DNA of 64,000 nucleotides. Origin: an uncultured Candidatus Saccharibacteria bacterium (GTDB taxonomy: Bacteria; Patescibacteriota; Dojkabacteria; SC72). Within the stretch, counting starts at the first letter, position 1. Every line of letters begins with the position of its first letter. The stretch is from assembly GCA_964618765.1 (NCBI GenBank), contig CAZUDZ010000001.1, positions 69,826 through 133,825 of the forward strand, in the 5' to 3' direction. The notes beneath the pieces were generated by a model. It did not search any database. It was not told the origin of the DNA and worked only from the letters and a program-made list of their open reading frames with translations. Of this stretch, positions 20,031-29,818 are shown in pieces. A program made the position numbers and the translations under genes.

Positions 20031-20756
20031 ATGAGTAACAAGTATCCTTCATTTACACTGATAGAGATGTTAGTAGTTCTCTCCATATTCATAGTTTTGG
20101 GAGGAATGACATTTTCGTCCTTTGATGGCCTACAGAACACCATAAAGATGAATGAGTATATGTTAAACCTAGAACAGGATATTAGAGGTGTTCAGAGAGC
20201 ATCTATGCTTTTAGAAAGAAACTCTACGGAAAATTGGCTATACGGTTTGGGCATTGATTTCAGCAATATGGATGAGGATGGGGAGTACAAGATTTTTAAA
20301 TGGTGTACTCCGTTTAATGACTATGGAGATATAACTACTACCTCAAAGGTTCCTGCTTTTAACCCTGCTGACAAAACAATTGCTAGTGCTAGTTTGCCAA
20401 TTGTACAGCCAGAGGATGGAATTTGTGGTCCGGAGGTAGTGGACAAGAGGGAGTTAAGAAACCTGTATGGATATGAGAAAAGTGTAACAATGCCAAAGTC
20501 TAGGGTAACTTATGAGGAAAATGGAAATCCAAGTAGAGCGAGATATCTTCTTTTCGAATCTGTATCAGGCAGAGCCTTTTTCTATGACCAAGGAGGAGCT
20601 TTGTTAAATTACCAAATGGTAGATGACAATTTAATAATAATGGAGGCAGATGATATTGAAGACTTTGCCATTAGAATAAATCCATATGGCAAAGGTTCTA
20701 CAAGAACACTTGTAATTAAACATCTCTCAGGAAGAATAGATAGTCAAATAGAATAA
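20031..20756 (+). CDS. Minor pilin / pseudopilin (prepilin-type N-terminal domain)
   Basis: MSNKYPSFTLIEMLVVLSIFIVL class III signal peptide. Confidence 0.65.
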   Translation: MSNKYPSFTLIEMLVVLSIFIVLGGMTFSSFDGLQNTIKMNEYMLNLEQDIRGVQRASMLLERNSTENWLYGLGIDFSNMDEDGEYKIFKWCTPFNDYGDITTTSKVPAFNPADKTIASASLPIVQPEDGICGPEVVDKRELRNLYGYEKSVTMPKSRVTYEENGNPSRARYLLFESVSGRAFFYDQGGALLNYQMVDDNLIIMEADDIEDFAIRINPYGKGSTRTLVIKHLSGRIDSQIE

Positions 20757-21313
20757 TGAACAGAAGATTAAACAAAAAAACATATGAAGCATTAGGGTTT
20801 GTAGAAGCTGTATTAGCAATAATGATAGTTGGAATCTCCTCTGTTGTTTTAATGCAGATAGCAGTAGATACAATCCAAGATGTAATACAAAACGAGGTAA
20901 TAGATGAGATGACACAGTATGCGGTAGAAGGTGCAGAGATGGTACAAGATATTGCTAATAGAAATAAAGTTGAAGATGAGACAATCTTCCCTTTGGAGAT
21001 AGAGTATTTGGCTTATGATAATTGCTTTATATTCAATGAGGCAGACGAAAAAACATATTTTAAAAAGAATCAGGAAGGAGATTTTATAAAATTTGAGAAA
21101 GATCAGAGAGAATTGTACAAAGATGTAGCTATTTTAGATGAAGAAGACTATTTCTTTAGAATAGCTTGCTTAGATACCCCTGGAGGAGGTTACGGTGGTC
21201 AGTCAGCATTTGTTATGTCTGAAATAATCGTTGGACAAAGAAACTCAGATGGGACAATAACCAAAGGAAACCTAGCTAAAGATTATATTTATAGAACAGT
21301 AATAAGATTATGA
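20756..21313 (+). CDS. Pilin-like protein (atypical prepilin N-terminus)
   Basis: KKTYEALGFVEAVLAIMIVGISSVVL is a G-F hydrophobic helix with Glu at +3 rather than +5. Overlaps the neighbouring genes by 1-4 nt. Confidence 0.5.
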   Translation: MNRRLNKKTYEALGFVEAVLAIMIVGISSVVLMQIAVDTIQDVIQNEVIDEMTQYAVEGAEMVQDIANRNKVEDETIFPLEIEYLAYDNCFIFNEADEKTYFKKNQEGDFIKFEKDQRELYKDVAILDEEDYFFRIACLDTPGGGYGGQSAFVMSEIIVGQRNSDGTITKGNLAKDYIYRTVIRL

Positions 21314-22017
21314 CAGTAAAAAAACCTCTTAAAAAATATGAAGGATTTAGTCTTGTAGAAATGCTCATAACAATAGCTATCATGGGTGTAGTTATGATAC
21401 TCTCCTCTACCGTATTGACTACCTTAATAAAAGTTTCTACTGTCTCAAGTAATAAAATAAGAGCAAGAAATGAATCAGAATTTGTTCTTGAATTAATAAG
21501 AAGGACGATTAGAAATTCTGACCCTTCTGATGTCTACATATTTAGTTCTCGATCTGTAGAAGGATCTGGGGGAAGAAAATTTGATCCACAACAGCAATCC
21601 ATTGTGAGTGAAGCTCTCGGTGAGATATATACAGAGACCTTGGGAGAGAACGAAAAGGGAAATGAGATACATTTTAGACCGTATGGTTTTAGAGATTGGA
21701 TATGTTTGGGTTTCTTTAACTCTACTGAAGATGAAGAGAAAGGATATATCCTATGGACATCTGCAGAGGATCTTGGTGGCAACCACGAAAGCTGTTTTGC
21801 ATTAAATGGCCCTTACAGTTATGCAATGGTTCTTAATTCTGATTATATTAACATTAAAAATTTTGATATCTCCTACACACAGTCGGCGGATGGTAATTAT
21901 ATAATTAAATTTAAAATACTGTCTGAACCTATCAGCTGGTATCTGAGTCCTGGGGCACCAATCTCTCAAGAGGTAGTTAGAAGTGGGACAGTATCTACAG
22001 GAGGGATAGTTTGGTAA
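21310..22017 (+). CDS. Minor pilin / pseudopilin (prepilin-type N-terminal domain)
   Basis: KKYEGFSLVEMLITIAIMGVVMIL. Confidence 0.65.
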   Translation: MTVKKPLKKYEGFSLVEMLITIAIMGVVMILSSTVLTTLIKVSTVSSNKIRARNESEFVLELIRRTIRNSDPSDVYIFSSRSVEGSGGRKFDPQQQSIVSEALGEIYTETLGENEKGNEIHFRPYGFRDWICLGFFNSTEDEEKGYILWTSAEDLGGNHESCFALNGPYSYAMVLNSDYINIKNFDISYTQSADGNYIIKFKILSEPISWYLSPGAPISQEVVRSGTVSTGGIVW

Positions 22018-22044
22018 GTATTTTCTGATTTTTAAACAGTAATT

Positions 22045-22428
22045 ATGTCAAAAGATTCTAATGTTGTTCTAATAATTGAAGATGAAAAGGATTATTTGAA
22101 AAAACACAAACAAATGATTCAGGAAGCTGGATACATTCCTATGATTGCGTCAGATGGATACACAGGACTGGAAATTCTGTCTAAAAACATTGGGATTATA
22201 GATCTTGTCCTTTTAGACCTTTTTATGTCAGAAATAGATGGTTTAGAAGTTTTAAAAGCTATTAAAAACAATCCGCACAAGTATGGTCAGCTTCCAGTAA
22301 TAATACTTACCAGTGTTACCATAGAGGGGATAATTAAAGAAGCTTTTGATTATGGAGCATCTAGCTATCTGCTGAAAGACCAAATTGACAAGAAAAGCTT
22401 GATGCAGGAGTTAAGAAAGTATATATAG
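22045..22428 (+). CDS. Single-domain CheY-like response regulator receiver (PilH/PilG-like position)
   Basis: 127 aa. VLIIEDE...DLVLLDLFMSEIDG...PVIILTS. Conserved DD, phospho-acceptor D, T and K positions are present. Confidence 0.75.
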   Translation: MSKDSNVVLIIEDEKDYLKKHKQMIQEAGYIPMIASDGYTGLEILSKNIGIIDLVLLDLFMSEIDGLEVLKAIKNNPHKYGQLPVIILTSVTIEGIIKEAFDYGASSYLLKDQIDKKSLMQELRKYI

Positions 22429-22513
22429 TAAATTTTCTTTCTAAAATGTTTAAAACCTTTCCCCTTTCTGCTATATTATATACTAAGTGTATTAATTTAA
22501 ATCTGCTCAGAAT

Positions 22514-23545
22514 ATGGCTAAATTGCCAGATCATGTAGGCATAGACTTCGGAACTCACTCTGTGAAGGCTGTAGAGCTAGCTAAGGTATCAACAGACAAC
22601 CCTGTGTTGGTTAACCTAGGCTCTCAACTTACTCCTAAAGGAGTGATCAATAGTGAAGATGAAAATGATCAGAAAAAATTAGCAGAAGTACTAAAAAAAC
22701 TCTATTCTTCTTCTGGGATCAAGAACAAGAAAGTTGTAATGGCTCTCCCAGAGTTCTCTGTATTCACTAGGTTTTTAGAGTTTCCTGGAGTTAAGCAAGA
22801 AGAATTAAGAGATGCTGTTTACTTTGAAGCTAAACAGTATATCCCCATGCCTTTAAATGAAGTTCAATTAAGCTATGTCCCTATCGGTTTTAATACAGAG
22901 AAGAATGCTCCAAGAGTTTTAGTTGTTGCAGCCCCCATAAAGATCATAGATATATATATTAAAATCGCAATGAAAGCAGGATTGGAGTTGGTCGCAATAG
23001 AAACAGAATCTGTAGCGATGGGCAGAACAATGTACAAGTCAGCAGGGAAGAAAAATCTTGTGATATTAGATTTCGGAGCAAACAGTACAGATATGAGCAT
23101 CCTCTCAGAGGGATATTTAGTCTTCTCCCAAAGTATTGCAATTGGATCAGACTCCTTAACTCAAGCCATAATAAATAAGTTTAACTTCCAGTATCAAAGA
23201 GCAGAGGAGTTTAAGAGAAACTATGGTGTATCCGAAGGAGTTTTAGAGAATAAAATACATAATGTCCTATCCCCCATCATAGAATCCATAATGGTAGAAG
23301 TAAGGAGAGGTGTAGAATTTTACAAGAACAAAACCCTCTCTGTTTCCCCAACTGATTATCTTTTAAATGGAGATGGAGCCTTACTACCTGGATTAGCAGA
23401 GTATGTCTCTAAGAGTCTAGGAGTTACTGCTACTGTAGCTAATCCTTGGAACAATATTAGGGTTGATAATAAATTTAAAGACATTATTGCAAAAAGTGGT
23501 CCCTCCTACTCTGTTGCAATAGGTTTAGCATTAAAAGATGAATAG
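22514..23545 (+). CDS. pilM: Type IV pilus assembly protein PilM (actin-like ATPase fold)
   Basis: 343 aa. VGIDFGTHSVKAVEL N-terminal sugar-kinase/actin fold motif. Confidence 0.8.
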   Translation: MAKLPDHVGIDFGTHSVKAVELAKVSTDNPVLVNLGSQLTPKGVINSEDENDQKKLAEVLKKLYSSSGIKNKKVVMALPEFSVFTRFLEFPGVKQEELRDAVYFEAKQYIPMPLNEVQLSYVPIGFNTEKNAPRVLVVAAPIKIIDIYIKIAMKAGLELVAIETESVAMGRTMYKSAGKKNLVILDFGANSTDMSILSEGYLVFSQSIAIGSDSLTQAIINKFNFQYQRAEEFKRNYGVSEGVLENKIHNVLSPIIESIMVEVRRGVEFYKNKTLSVSPTDYLLNGDGALLPGLAEYVSKSLGVTATVANPWNNIRVDNKFKDIIAKSGPSYSVAIGLALKDE

Positions 23546-24305
23546 TAAAAAGGAAGATAGAGCAAAAAATGAAAGTATTGCTAAAGAAATAAGAGAGATG
23601 CAAAAAGAGATATCTCCAACTGCGTTAGAAGCTACCAGAAATGAACCTTCCAAGGAGAAGGAAAAAGCTCATACCAAAGAGGAGAAAAAGACTTCCGAGA
23701 AAGTAAGTATAGCTCCCAAAACAGTAGTAGAAGGTGCTGGGATTAACCTTATCCCATCCATGACCGAAGATGAGATAGAGAAGGAAGAAAAGAAAAAGAA
23801 AGTTAGTTTAAGTTCTTTAATAAGTTTGTCACTTCTCTTTTCAATTTCAATCTTAGTAATAGGTTTTAATATAATCTCTAAGATACAACTAAATACGCAG
23901 AAGGAAAAAATTAGCGAAAAGGAGAGAGTTATCAAAGAGTACTCTCAGCTTATATCAGGAAACACGGAAATTTTAGAGAGAATATTTCTTTACAAAGACA
24001 TACAGGATGGAAGATTTTCCTCTAAGTTAGTTATAGATTATATCCAGGGGTTGCTATCTAAAAGTGGAGGTAGTGACATAAGAGACTTTTCTTTCTCTGG
24101 TAATAAATCCTTCGAATTTAGTGGGAATAGTCAAGGTTTGGAAGATGTAGCAAAATTATGGTATCTACTCTCTCATGACTCTAAAATAGAAGGCGTTGAG
24201 TTAAGATCATTTTCTAAAACTAATGATGGAGCAACCTACTCTTTCTCAGGAGACTTGAAAGTAGAAGAGTTCTCATCTTCACCTTTAAATAGTGTTAATC
24301 AGTAA
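23538..24305 (+). CDS. pilN: PilN-like bitopic pilus assembly protein with a K/E-rich N-terminal tail
   Basis: 255 aa. Single TM (LSSLISLSLLFSISILVIGF) followed by coiled-coil and a periplasmic domain. Position after pilM. Confidence 0.5.
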   Translation: MNSKKEDRAKNESIAKEIREMQKEISPTALEATRNEPSKEKEKAHTKEEKKTSEKVSIAPKTVVEGAGINLIPSMTEDEIEKEEKKKKVSLSSLISLSLLFSISILVIGFNIISKIQLNTQKEKISEKERVIKEYSQLISGNTEILERIFLYKDIQDGRFSSKLVIDYIQGLLSKSGGSDIRDFSFSGNKSFEFSGNSQGLEDVAKLWYLLSHDSKIEGVELRSFSKTNDGATYSFSGDLKVEEFSSSPLNSVNQ

Positions 24306-24316
24306 AGGAGTTAAAT

Positions 24317-25045
24317 ATGGCGGATAAAGATACAACACAGAGCAAAACAAGAAAAGAGATAGAATCTATAAGTGAGAGGATTAAAGCATCTAGGCTGAAT
24401 ATCAAGGACTTGGTAATCCCATTCTCGGTGGTAGTGATTCTTATTCTTTTGGCAGTTTCCCTCTTTGTACCTATGGTAAAAACAGCAATATCTTCCAGAA
24501 GTGAGTATAAGGAGTTAAAGGAGAAGGAAGAAAGTTTAAGTAAGCTTGAAAGCCAACTTAAAAATATTGATCAAGCTACCTTTCAGGTTGATTTGATTAC
24601 ATCTAAGGAGGTAATCCCCCACTCTTTAAGGGTTTCCGCTTTTATGTTCTACATAGAAAGTTTAGCTAGTGAGAAAAACCTGTATTCAAAATCACTGTCC
24701 GCAGGTGATACTCAGGTATCTGTTGTTAAGAAAGAGGAAGGAGAGAATGAGAATGAGAGAAGAATCTACTATGGAGTTAGCAGTCCTTTAAATTACGAAG
24801 GAAGTTTGTCTGATATATTGAGTTTTCTAGATAATCTGTACGATGCTTCTCCATATGTAATTTCAGCACAAGGAGTTTCGTTGCGTGAAATAGGAGATGC
24901 TTGGAGAGTTTCCCTGAATGTTACAGGATACTATGTTCCTGAACCCACATTAGATAAGGATATAGATACTTCTTTTGAAAGCTATCAAGAGCACCAAGAT
25001 ATTGTTGATATATTTAACCAAAAAGCAGCACAGTTGCAGCATTAG
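24317..25045 (+). CDS. pilO: PilO-like bitopic pilus assembly protein
   Basis: 242 aa. Single TM (VIPFSVVVILILLAVSLFVPMV) then coiled-coil. Position after pilN. Confidence 0.5.
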   Translation: MADKDTTQSKTRKEIESISERIKASRLNIKDLVIPFSVVVILILLAVSLFVPMVKTAISSRSEYKELKEKEESLSKLESQLKNIDQATFQVDLITSKEVIPHSLRVSAFMFYIESLASEKNLYSKSLSAGDTQVSVVKKEEGENENERRIYYGVSSPLNYEGSLSDILSFLDNLYDASPYVISAQGVSLREIGDAWRVSLNVTGYYVPEPTLDKDIDTSFESYQEHQDIVDIFNQKAAQLQH

Positions 25046-25374
25046 AATCCTTCATCAACGAGCATATCCTCACTCGTATCTTCAGTACTTGTTTCCTGAG
25101 TTTCTTCTGGCTTGTTTCTCTCGTCATCCTTGATTAAGACTTTAACTCTTCGATCATTTCTAATAGCATTTATGGTGACTAAATCACGAATTGCATTCAC
25201 AGTTCTACCTCTTCTACCGATTACAATACCCTTATCTTCTTCTGCGACATCTATTGTAAGAATAGTAAGACCAGGAAAGTCTACACTTTCCCTCTCCTCT
25301 ACGCTTACTGCTTCGGGATTATTAACGATTGCCTTGACAATATGTTCTAAAAGTTCTTTCATCTTTTTATCCAA
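25042..25374 (-). CDS. khpA: KH-domain RNA-binding protein (KhpA/YlqC-like) with an acidic C-terminal tail
   Basis: The GIVIGRRGRTVNAIRDLV KH GxxG loop, plus its conserved position just downstream of rpsP. Confidence 0.65.
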   Translation of the reverse strand: MDKKMKELLEHIVKAIVNNPEAVSVEERESVDFPGLTILTIDVAEEDKGIVIGRRGRTVNAIRDLVTINAIRNDRRVKVLIKDDERNKPEETQETSTEDTSEDMLVDEGF

Positions 25375-25397
25375 ATATATTTTATTAAAATATTATA

Positions 25398-25700
25398 CTA
25401 CTCTTTACTCTCTTTTGTCTTCTTTTCTGTGTTAGGTTTTGTAGAACCTCTTTTTAGACCTTTAAGTAAGCCTTCTTTCACAAAGTATTGGGCTACAGTA
25501 TCTGTAGGTTGTGCTCCTTTGGATAACCAGTACTCTGCTCTCTCTCTCTGTACTTCAAAGGTAGTAGGCTTATTCCTAGGATTATAGTAGCCTATCTCTT
25601 CGATAGTTCTACCATCTCTAGGCTTACTAGCTTCACAAATTACTATCCTGTAATGAGGTTGTCCTCGTTTTCCTGTTCTTTTTAATCTTATTTTTAACAT
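25398..25700 (-). CDS. rpsP: 30S ribosomal protein S16
   Basis: MLKIRLKRTGKRGQPHYRIVICEASKPRDGRTIEEIGYYNP. Confidence 0.9.
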   Translation of the reverse strand: MLKIRLKRTGKRGQPHYRIVICEASKPRDGRTIEEIGYYNPRNKPTTFEVQRERAEYWLSKGAQPTDTVAQYFVKEGLLKGLKRGSTKPNTEKKTKESKE

Positions 25701-25742
25701 AGCGTTGAATTCTATCAGATCAAGTACCCTAATTCAAGAATA

Positions 25743-26432
25743 CTATTTTTCTTCTAACTTATCTATTGCTTTTTGAGCTGCCTCTTCCTCAGCTTTCTGT
25801 TTACTTAGTCCAGAGCCTAAAGCGAAATCTTTCCCTGCAACCTTTAATGCTACAGTAAATGACTTGTCATGATCTGGTCCAATCTCTTTTAGTACTCCGT
25901 AGGTGGGAGTAACTTTAAACTTGGCCTGTACTAATTCTTGGATCTTAGTCTTAGGATCTATAAATAGCTCCTGACTCATAACTCTAGGCAGTTTCTTGAA
26001 AGCTGTCTTTTTGACAAACTTCTCGCACTCCTCGAAGCCTTGGTCTACATATATTGCTCCTAGTAGAGCTTCATACGTATTGGCCAGTATGAAATCTTTA
26101 TCTTTGCCTCCTGAATCCTCCTCTCCTTTAGACATCAATATGTGTTTGCCGATATCCAGTCTTCTGGACTCCTCAGCAAGACTTTCAGTTCTTACTATCG
26201 CTGACCTTATTGCTGTTAATTCGCCTTCACTTTTCTCAGGATATTTCTTAAAAAGTTCTGAGGAAATTATCAGTTCTAACACAGCATCCCCAAGGAATTC
26301 TAATCTCTCATTATTTTCTAAATCTTCCTCCCTGTTTTCATTGAGATAGGATCTGTGGGTCAAAGATTTTTTTAGTAAAGTATCATCTTTAAATATTATT
26401 CCTAACTTTTTTTCAATTTCTTTTTTATTCAT
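25743..26432 (-). CDS. rnc: Ribonuclease III
   Basis: [12 protein letters not shown] is the RNase III signature. The C-terminal dsRBD ends ...[15 protein letters not shown]. The ORF-track start at 26456 overlaps nusB, so the internal Met ([11 protein letters not shown]) at 26432 is the likelier start. Confidence 0.9.
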   Translation of the reverse strand: MNKKEIEKKLGIIFKDDTLLKKSLTHRSYLNENREEDLENNERLEFLGDAVLELIISSELFKKYPEKSEGELTAIRSAIVRTESLAEESRRLDIGKHILMSKGEEDSGGKDKDFILANTYEALLGAIYVDQGFEECEKFVKKTAFKKLPRVMSQELFIDPKTKIQELVQAKFKVTPTYGVLKEIGPDHDKSFTVALKVAGKDFALGSGLSKQKAEEEAAQKAIDKLEEK

Positions 26433-26865
26433 CTTTCTCTTTTTTTGTTTCTTCATAGATTGCTCCTAAAACTCCGTTTATAAATTTACTACTAACCTCT
26501 CCTCCAAAATCTTTTGCTACTTCGATTGCTTCGTCTATAGCGACTTTTGGGGGAGTAATTTTCGCTATAAAACCCTCATATATTGCAATTCTAAGTATCT
26601 GCAAATCAACTAATTTCATTTGTTCTATCGGCCATTGAGGGGCGTGTTCTACAATTATTTGATTAATTTGGTCCCTATTTTCTACTACTCCTTTTAAAAG
26701 CTCTCCATATAGCTTTTTGTCATACTCTGTCATTTCGTTTATCCCCAAAAGCTCTTCAACAGAAATTTCTTCTGTCACTGCATCTTGTGCTCGAAAGAAT
26801 TTAGAAAAAAGCTCTTGAAGTGCAAGTATTCTTGCTTGGTGTCTTGGGTCTGTTGACCTTTTCAT
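26425..26865 (-). CDS. nusB: Transcription antitermination factor NusB
   Basis: 146 aa. [17 protein letters not shown] fits the NusB N-terminal helix (RRxAREAALQALY). Confidence 0.7.
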   Translation of the reverse strand: MKRSTDPRHQARILALQELFSKFFRAQDAVTEEISVEELLGINEMTEYDKKLYGELLKGVVENRDQINQIIVEHAPQWPIEQMKLVDLQILRIAIYEGFIAKITPPKVAIDEAIEVAKDFGGEVSSKFINGVLGAIYEETKKEKDE

Positions 26866-26875
26866 AGTACTCTAT

Positions 26876-27040
26876 TTATTTAGATTTTTTGTAGTATCCA
26901 CAATATTGGCACTCAAAGTGGCTCCTTATAACACTACCACATTTGGGACATTTTGTAATAGGTTTTACCTCTAAAGCATTGTGTGCTCTTCTTCTATTCT
27001 TTCTTCCTTTTGATATTCTTCTTTTTGGTAGTGCTCCCAT
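26876..27040 (-). CDS. rpmF: 50S ribosomal protein L32
   Basis: Hand-translated, not in the ORF track because it is under 60 aa: MGALPKRRISKGRKNRRRAHNALEVKPITKCPKCGSVIRSHFECQYCGYYKKSK. N-terminal PKRR(T/I)SK and the C4 zinc-ribbon Cys are present. Confidence 0.75.
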   Translation of the reverse strand: MGALPKRRISKGRKNRRRAHNALEVKPITKCPKCGSVIRSHFECQYCGYYKKSK

Positions 27041-27097
27041 TTCTTGTACTTTTAATATGTTATAGCTTGGCCATTATATCATATTTTAAATTTCTTG

Positions 27098-29815
27098 CTA
27101 TACTATCCAACTTTCCTTTATTTCGACTTCATCTCCTGCTTTTATCTTCTGCTCAATCATTCCTTTCGCAAGTTGTCCCTCTATTCTGTCTTGAATATAT
27201 CTTCTCATAGGTCTTGCCCCAAGTGCTGGTTCATTCGACTTGTTTGCTATCAACATAGGTATTTGTTCTGACCATTTAATGTTGATATTTTTCTTCCCAA
27301 GTCTTTTAGCTAGTTCATTAAGAAGTAAAGTGGCTATCTTTGTTAGATTATGTAAATCATGAGGTTGGAATACGATAATTTGGTCATATCTGTTAATTAA
27401 TTCAGGTCTTAAGGATTGTCTTACTTCAAGAAGAACCCTTTCCCTAGCCTCACTCCAGAGTGCATGGTCTTTACCTAGAGATTCGAGTAGCATCCTACTT
27501 CCGATATTACTCGTACAAACAATTATTGTATGTGTGAAATCAATGGTTTCCCCCTGTGCACTGGTTAGTCTCCCCTCATCAAAAATTTGCAAGAAGAGAT
27601 CTAATATGTTTGGGTGTGCTTTTTCTATCTCATCAAAGAGAACGACTGTGTATGGGTTTTGCTTCACCTTGTCTACAAGACTAATGGATGTTTGACCGAA
27701 GGCAGTGTCAGAAGAGGATCCTAAGAACTTCTGAATGCTTTGAACCTCTTGATACTCTGACATATCTACTCTTACGATAGTCTCTTCCTTCCCGAAATAT
27801 TCCTCCCCTACTATCTTTGCTAAGTGAGTCTTTCCTACTCCCGTTGGCCCCACAAAGAGGAATACTCCAATTGGCTTGTTTGCATCCCGAACATCTGTTC
27901 TTGCTCGTCTAAGTGATTCAGTTAATGCAACTACTGCCTCATTCTGCCCTATTACCCTATTTTTAATGTTCTCTTCTAACTTAATTAGTTTGTTGCTTTC
28001 TTCCTGATCTATTGCTCCAACACTAATATTTGTTTTAATGGAAATAGTTTTAGAAACATGCTCTGCAGTAATCTTTTTGATATCGTTTGATTGAGCCCAA
28101 GCACAAGTTGCCTCAATTGTCTCTACAGCGCTACTGGGGAGTTTTCTTTCTGTAATATATCTTTGAGAGAATTCTACAGAAGCAAACAGGGCCGGGAAAG
28201 TAATGAAGCATTGAAAACTCTTTTCTAATGAAGGGATTTTACTTTCTAATATGGTTAATGTGTCCTTTGGCCCAACTTCTTTTACTTCAATATTTGTAAA
28301 GCTTTGTCGAAGGGACTCATTGCTGTAAAAGTACTTCTTGTAATCAACATAGTTTGTTGTCCCTATTATGGGAAATTTACTATCTAGAATAAATGGCAGG
28401 AGCATTCCGGCAATTGAGAAGCCTACTCCCTCTGTCTGTCTTGGGATAATCTCTTGTATTTCATCAATATACAGGATTGTATTGCCTGCTTTTTCTAGTT
28501 CAGTGAATGCCCTTATTATTAATTCCTCTAAGTTATTCTCTTTCTTTGATTGGGCAATTAAGTTGTTAATATCCAATTGTATTATGCGCTTCTCTTTTAG
28601 TTGGATTGGTACATTCCCGGAATTTATTCTCTGAGCTAATCCTAGAATTAGACTAGATTTTCCTACACCAGGCTCTCCTATGAACAGGGCATTCTTGTTA
28701 GAAAGTTTTCCTAAAGTAGCAACCAGAAACTCTATCTCTTCATCATGTCCTATGCCAAATATATCTTGGGAAAGTGCAACTTTCTTGTTAATATCTATAC
28801 TGAAGTGACTAAGTATGAATGTGTATCCATAAATCCATTCTTTAGCTACTCCTCCCTTCCTGTAGTACGGTATGTCGGGATTAAGGTATTTATTTCTTGT
28901 TCTTTTATTGATATTTTCATTATTGTACGCGACTATCTCTCTTAAGATATGTATGTCTATTTGGTTTTTCCTCAGGTATTTCTCTACTACGGGGAAGATT
29001 TTGCTAATAGCGAGAAAGAGATGCTGAGGTTCTATCCCTTTGCTATTAGTTAGAAGAGCTTCTTGCATTGCATAAGTTAACAAACTTCTTAAAGCAGTCA
29101 CTGGATAACTAGGAATATTTTTTTCATCTACACCTTTCTTTTCTAATTCTTCAACACTGATTTCAACTCCAGATCTACGAATGATTTGTCCTACTTCAAA
29201 ATTAGAAGAGATCAGCTCCTTGTACAGAAGAAGAGTTTGAATGTTCTCTTCTTTTGTGAATTGACATAGAAGCTCTAGAGTTTCCTCTGTCGCAAAGTTT
29301 ATAGTTTCAAGATGGGCATATCTGCCAAATTTAAATCCACTTCCCTTTATCTCATCAATATCTCTTTGTGGGATATCCTTAATTTTGGGAAGCTTAATCG
29401 GGTGACTTTTGTCCTCATAGAAGTCATGCCAAAGGGTAATTACACTGAGTACTGAGATTCCAAAAAGGGCATTGACCCAAGGAGATTCGAGAAAAGAGAG
29501 AATTTTAGGGAAAGGGTTAAGTAGAGTTGTATACTTTAATACAAGGGCAAGGGCTATGATTAAGCCTGGGATTAGCAGGATATTAGCAATGGTCCTTTTT
29601 ATGTCATTAAACTTTTTGTATCTAAGGAAGTTTTTAAGAATAGCCTCGATCTGAGGTGTGGATATGGAGAAGAAATGATCTCTTGTTAATGCGAAAATCG
29701 AGGTTTCCTCATCTTCAAATATTGGGAATTTACCATCAATTATGCCGAATTTCTCATTATCTTTCCTGTGGTACCCAGTTAAAACTCTTTTTTCTGTGTC
29801 GAAATCTAAAGCCAT
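27098..29815 (-). CDS. Hsp100/Clp-family double-AAA+ ATPase (ClpA/B/C-like) with an N-terminal transmembrane region replacing the usual N-domain
   Basis: 905 aa. D1 is FIGEPGVGKSSLILGLAQRI...ILYIDEIQEI. D2 is RVIGQNEAVVALTESLRRARTDVRDANKPIGVFLFVGPTGVGKTHLAKIV, with the ...ARPMRRYIQ sensor-2. The N-terminal ~150 aa carries 2 hydrophobic helices (IANILLIPGLIIALALVL and WVNALFGISVLSVITLW). Confidence 0.7.
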   Translation of the reverse strand: MALDFDTEKRVLTGYHRKDNEKFGIIDGKFPIFEDEETSIFALTRDHFFSISTPQIEAILKNFLRYKKFNDIKRTIANILLIPGLIIALALVLKYTTLLNPFPKILSFLESPWVNALFGISVLSVITLWHDFYEDKSHPIKLPKIKDIPQRDIDEIKGSGFKFGRYAHLETINFATEETLELLCQFTKEENIQTLLLYKELISSNFEVGQIIRRSGVEISVEELEKKGVDEKNIPSYPVTALRSLLTYAMQEALLTNSKGIEPQHLFLAISKIFPVVEKYLRKNQIDIHILREIVAYNNENINKRTRNKYLNPDIPYYRKGGVAKEWIYGYTFILSHFSIDINKKVALSQDIFGIGHDEEIEFLVATLGKLSNKNALFIGEPGVGKSSLILGLAQRINSGNVPIQLKEKRIIQLDINNLIAQSKKENNLEELIIRAFTELEKAGNTILYIDEIQEIIPRQTEGVGFSIAGMLLPFILDSKFPIIGTTNYVDYKKYFYSNESLRQSFTNIEVKEVGPKDTLTILESKIPSLEKSFQCFITFPALFASVEFSQRYITERKLPSSAVETIEATCAWAQSNDIKKITAEHVSKTISIKTNISVGAIDQEESNKLIKLEENIKNRVIGQNEAVVALTESLRRARTDVRDANKPIGVFLFVGPTGVGKTHLAKIVGEEYFGKEETIVRVDMSEYQEVQSIQKFLGSSSDTAFGQTSISLVDKVKQNPYTVVLFDEIEKAHPNILDLFLQIFDEGRLTSAQGETIDFTHTIIVCTSNIGSRMLLESLGKDHALWSEARERVLLEVRQSLRPELINRYDQIIVFQPHDLHNLTKIATLLLNELAKRLGKKNINIKWSEQIPMLIANKSNEPALGARPMRRYIQDRIEGQLAKGMIEQKIKAGDEVEIKESWIV

Positions 29816-29818
29816 ATT

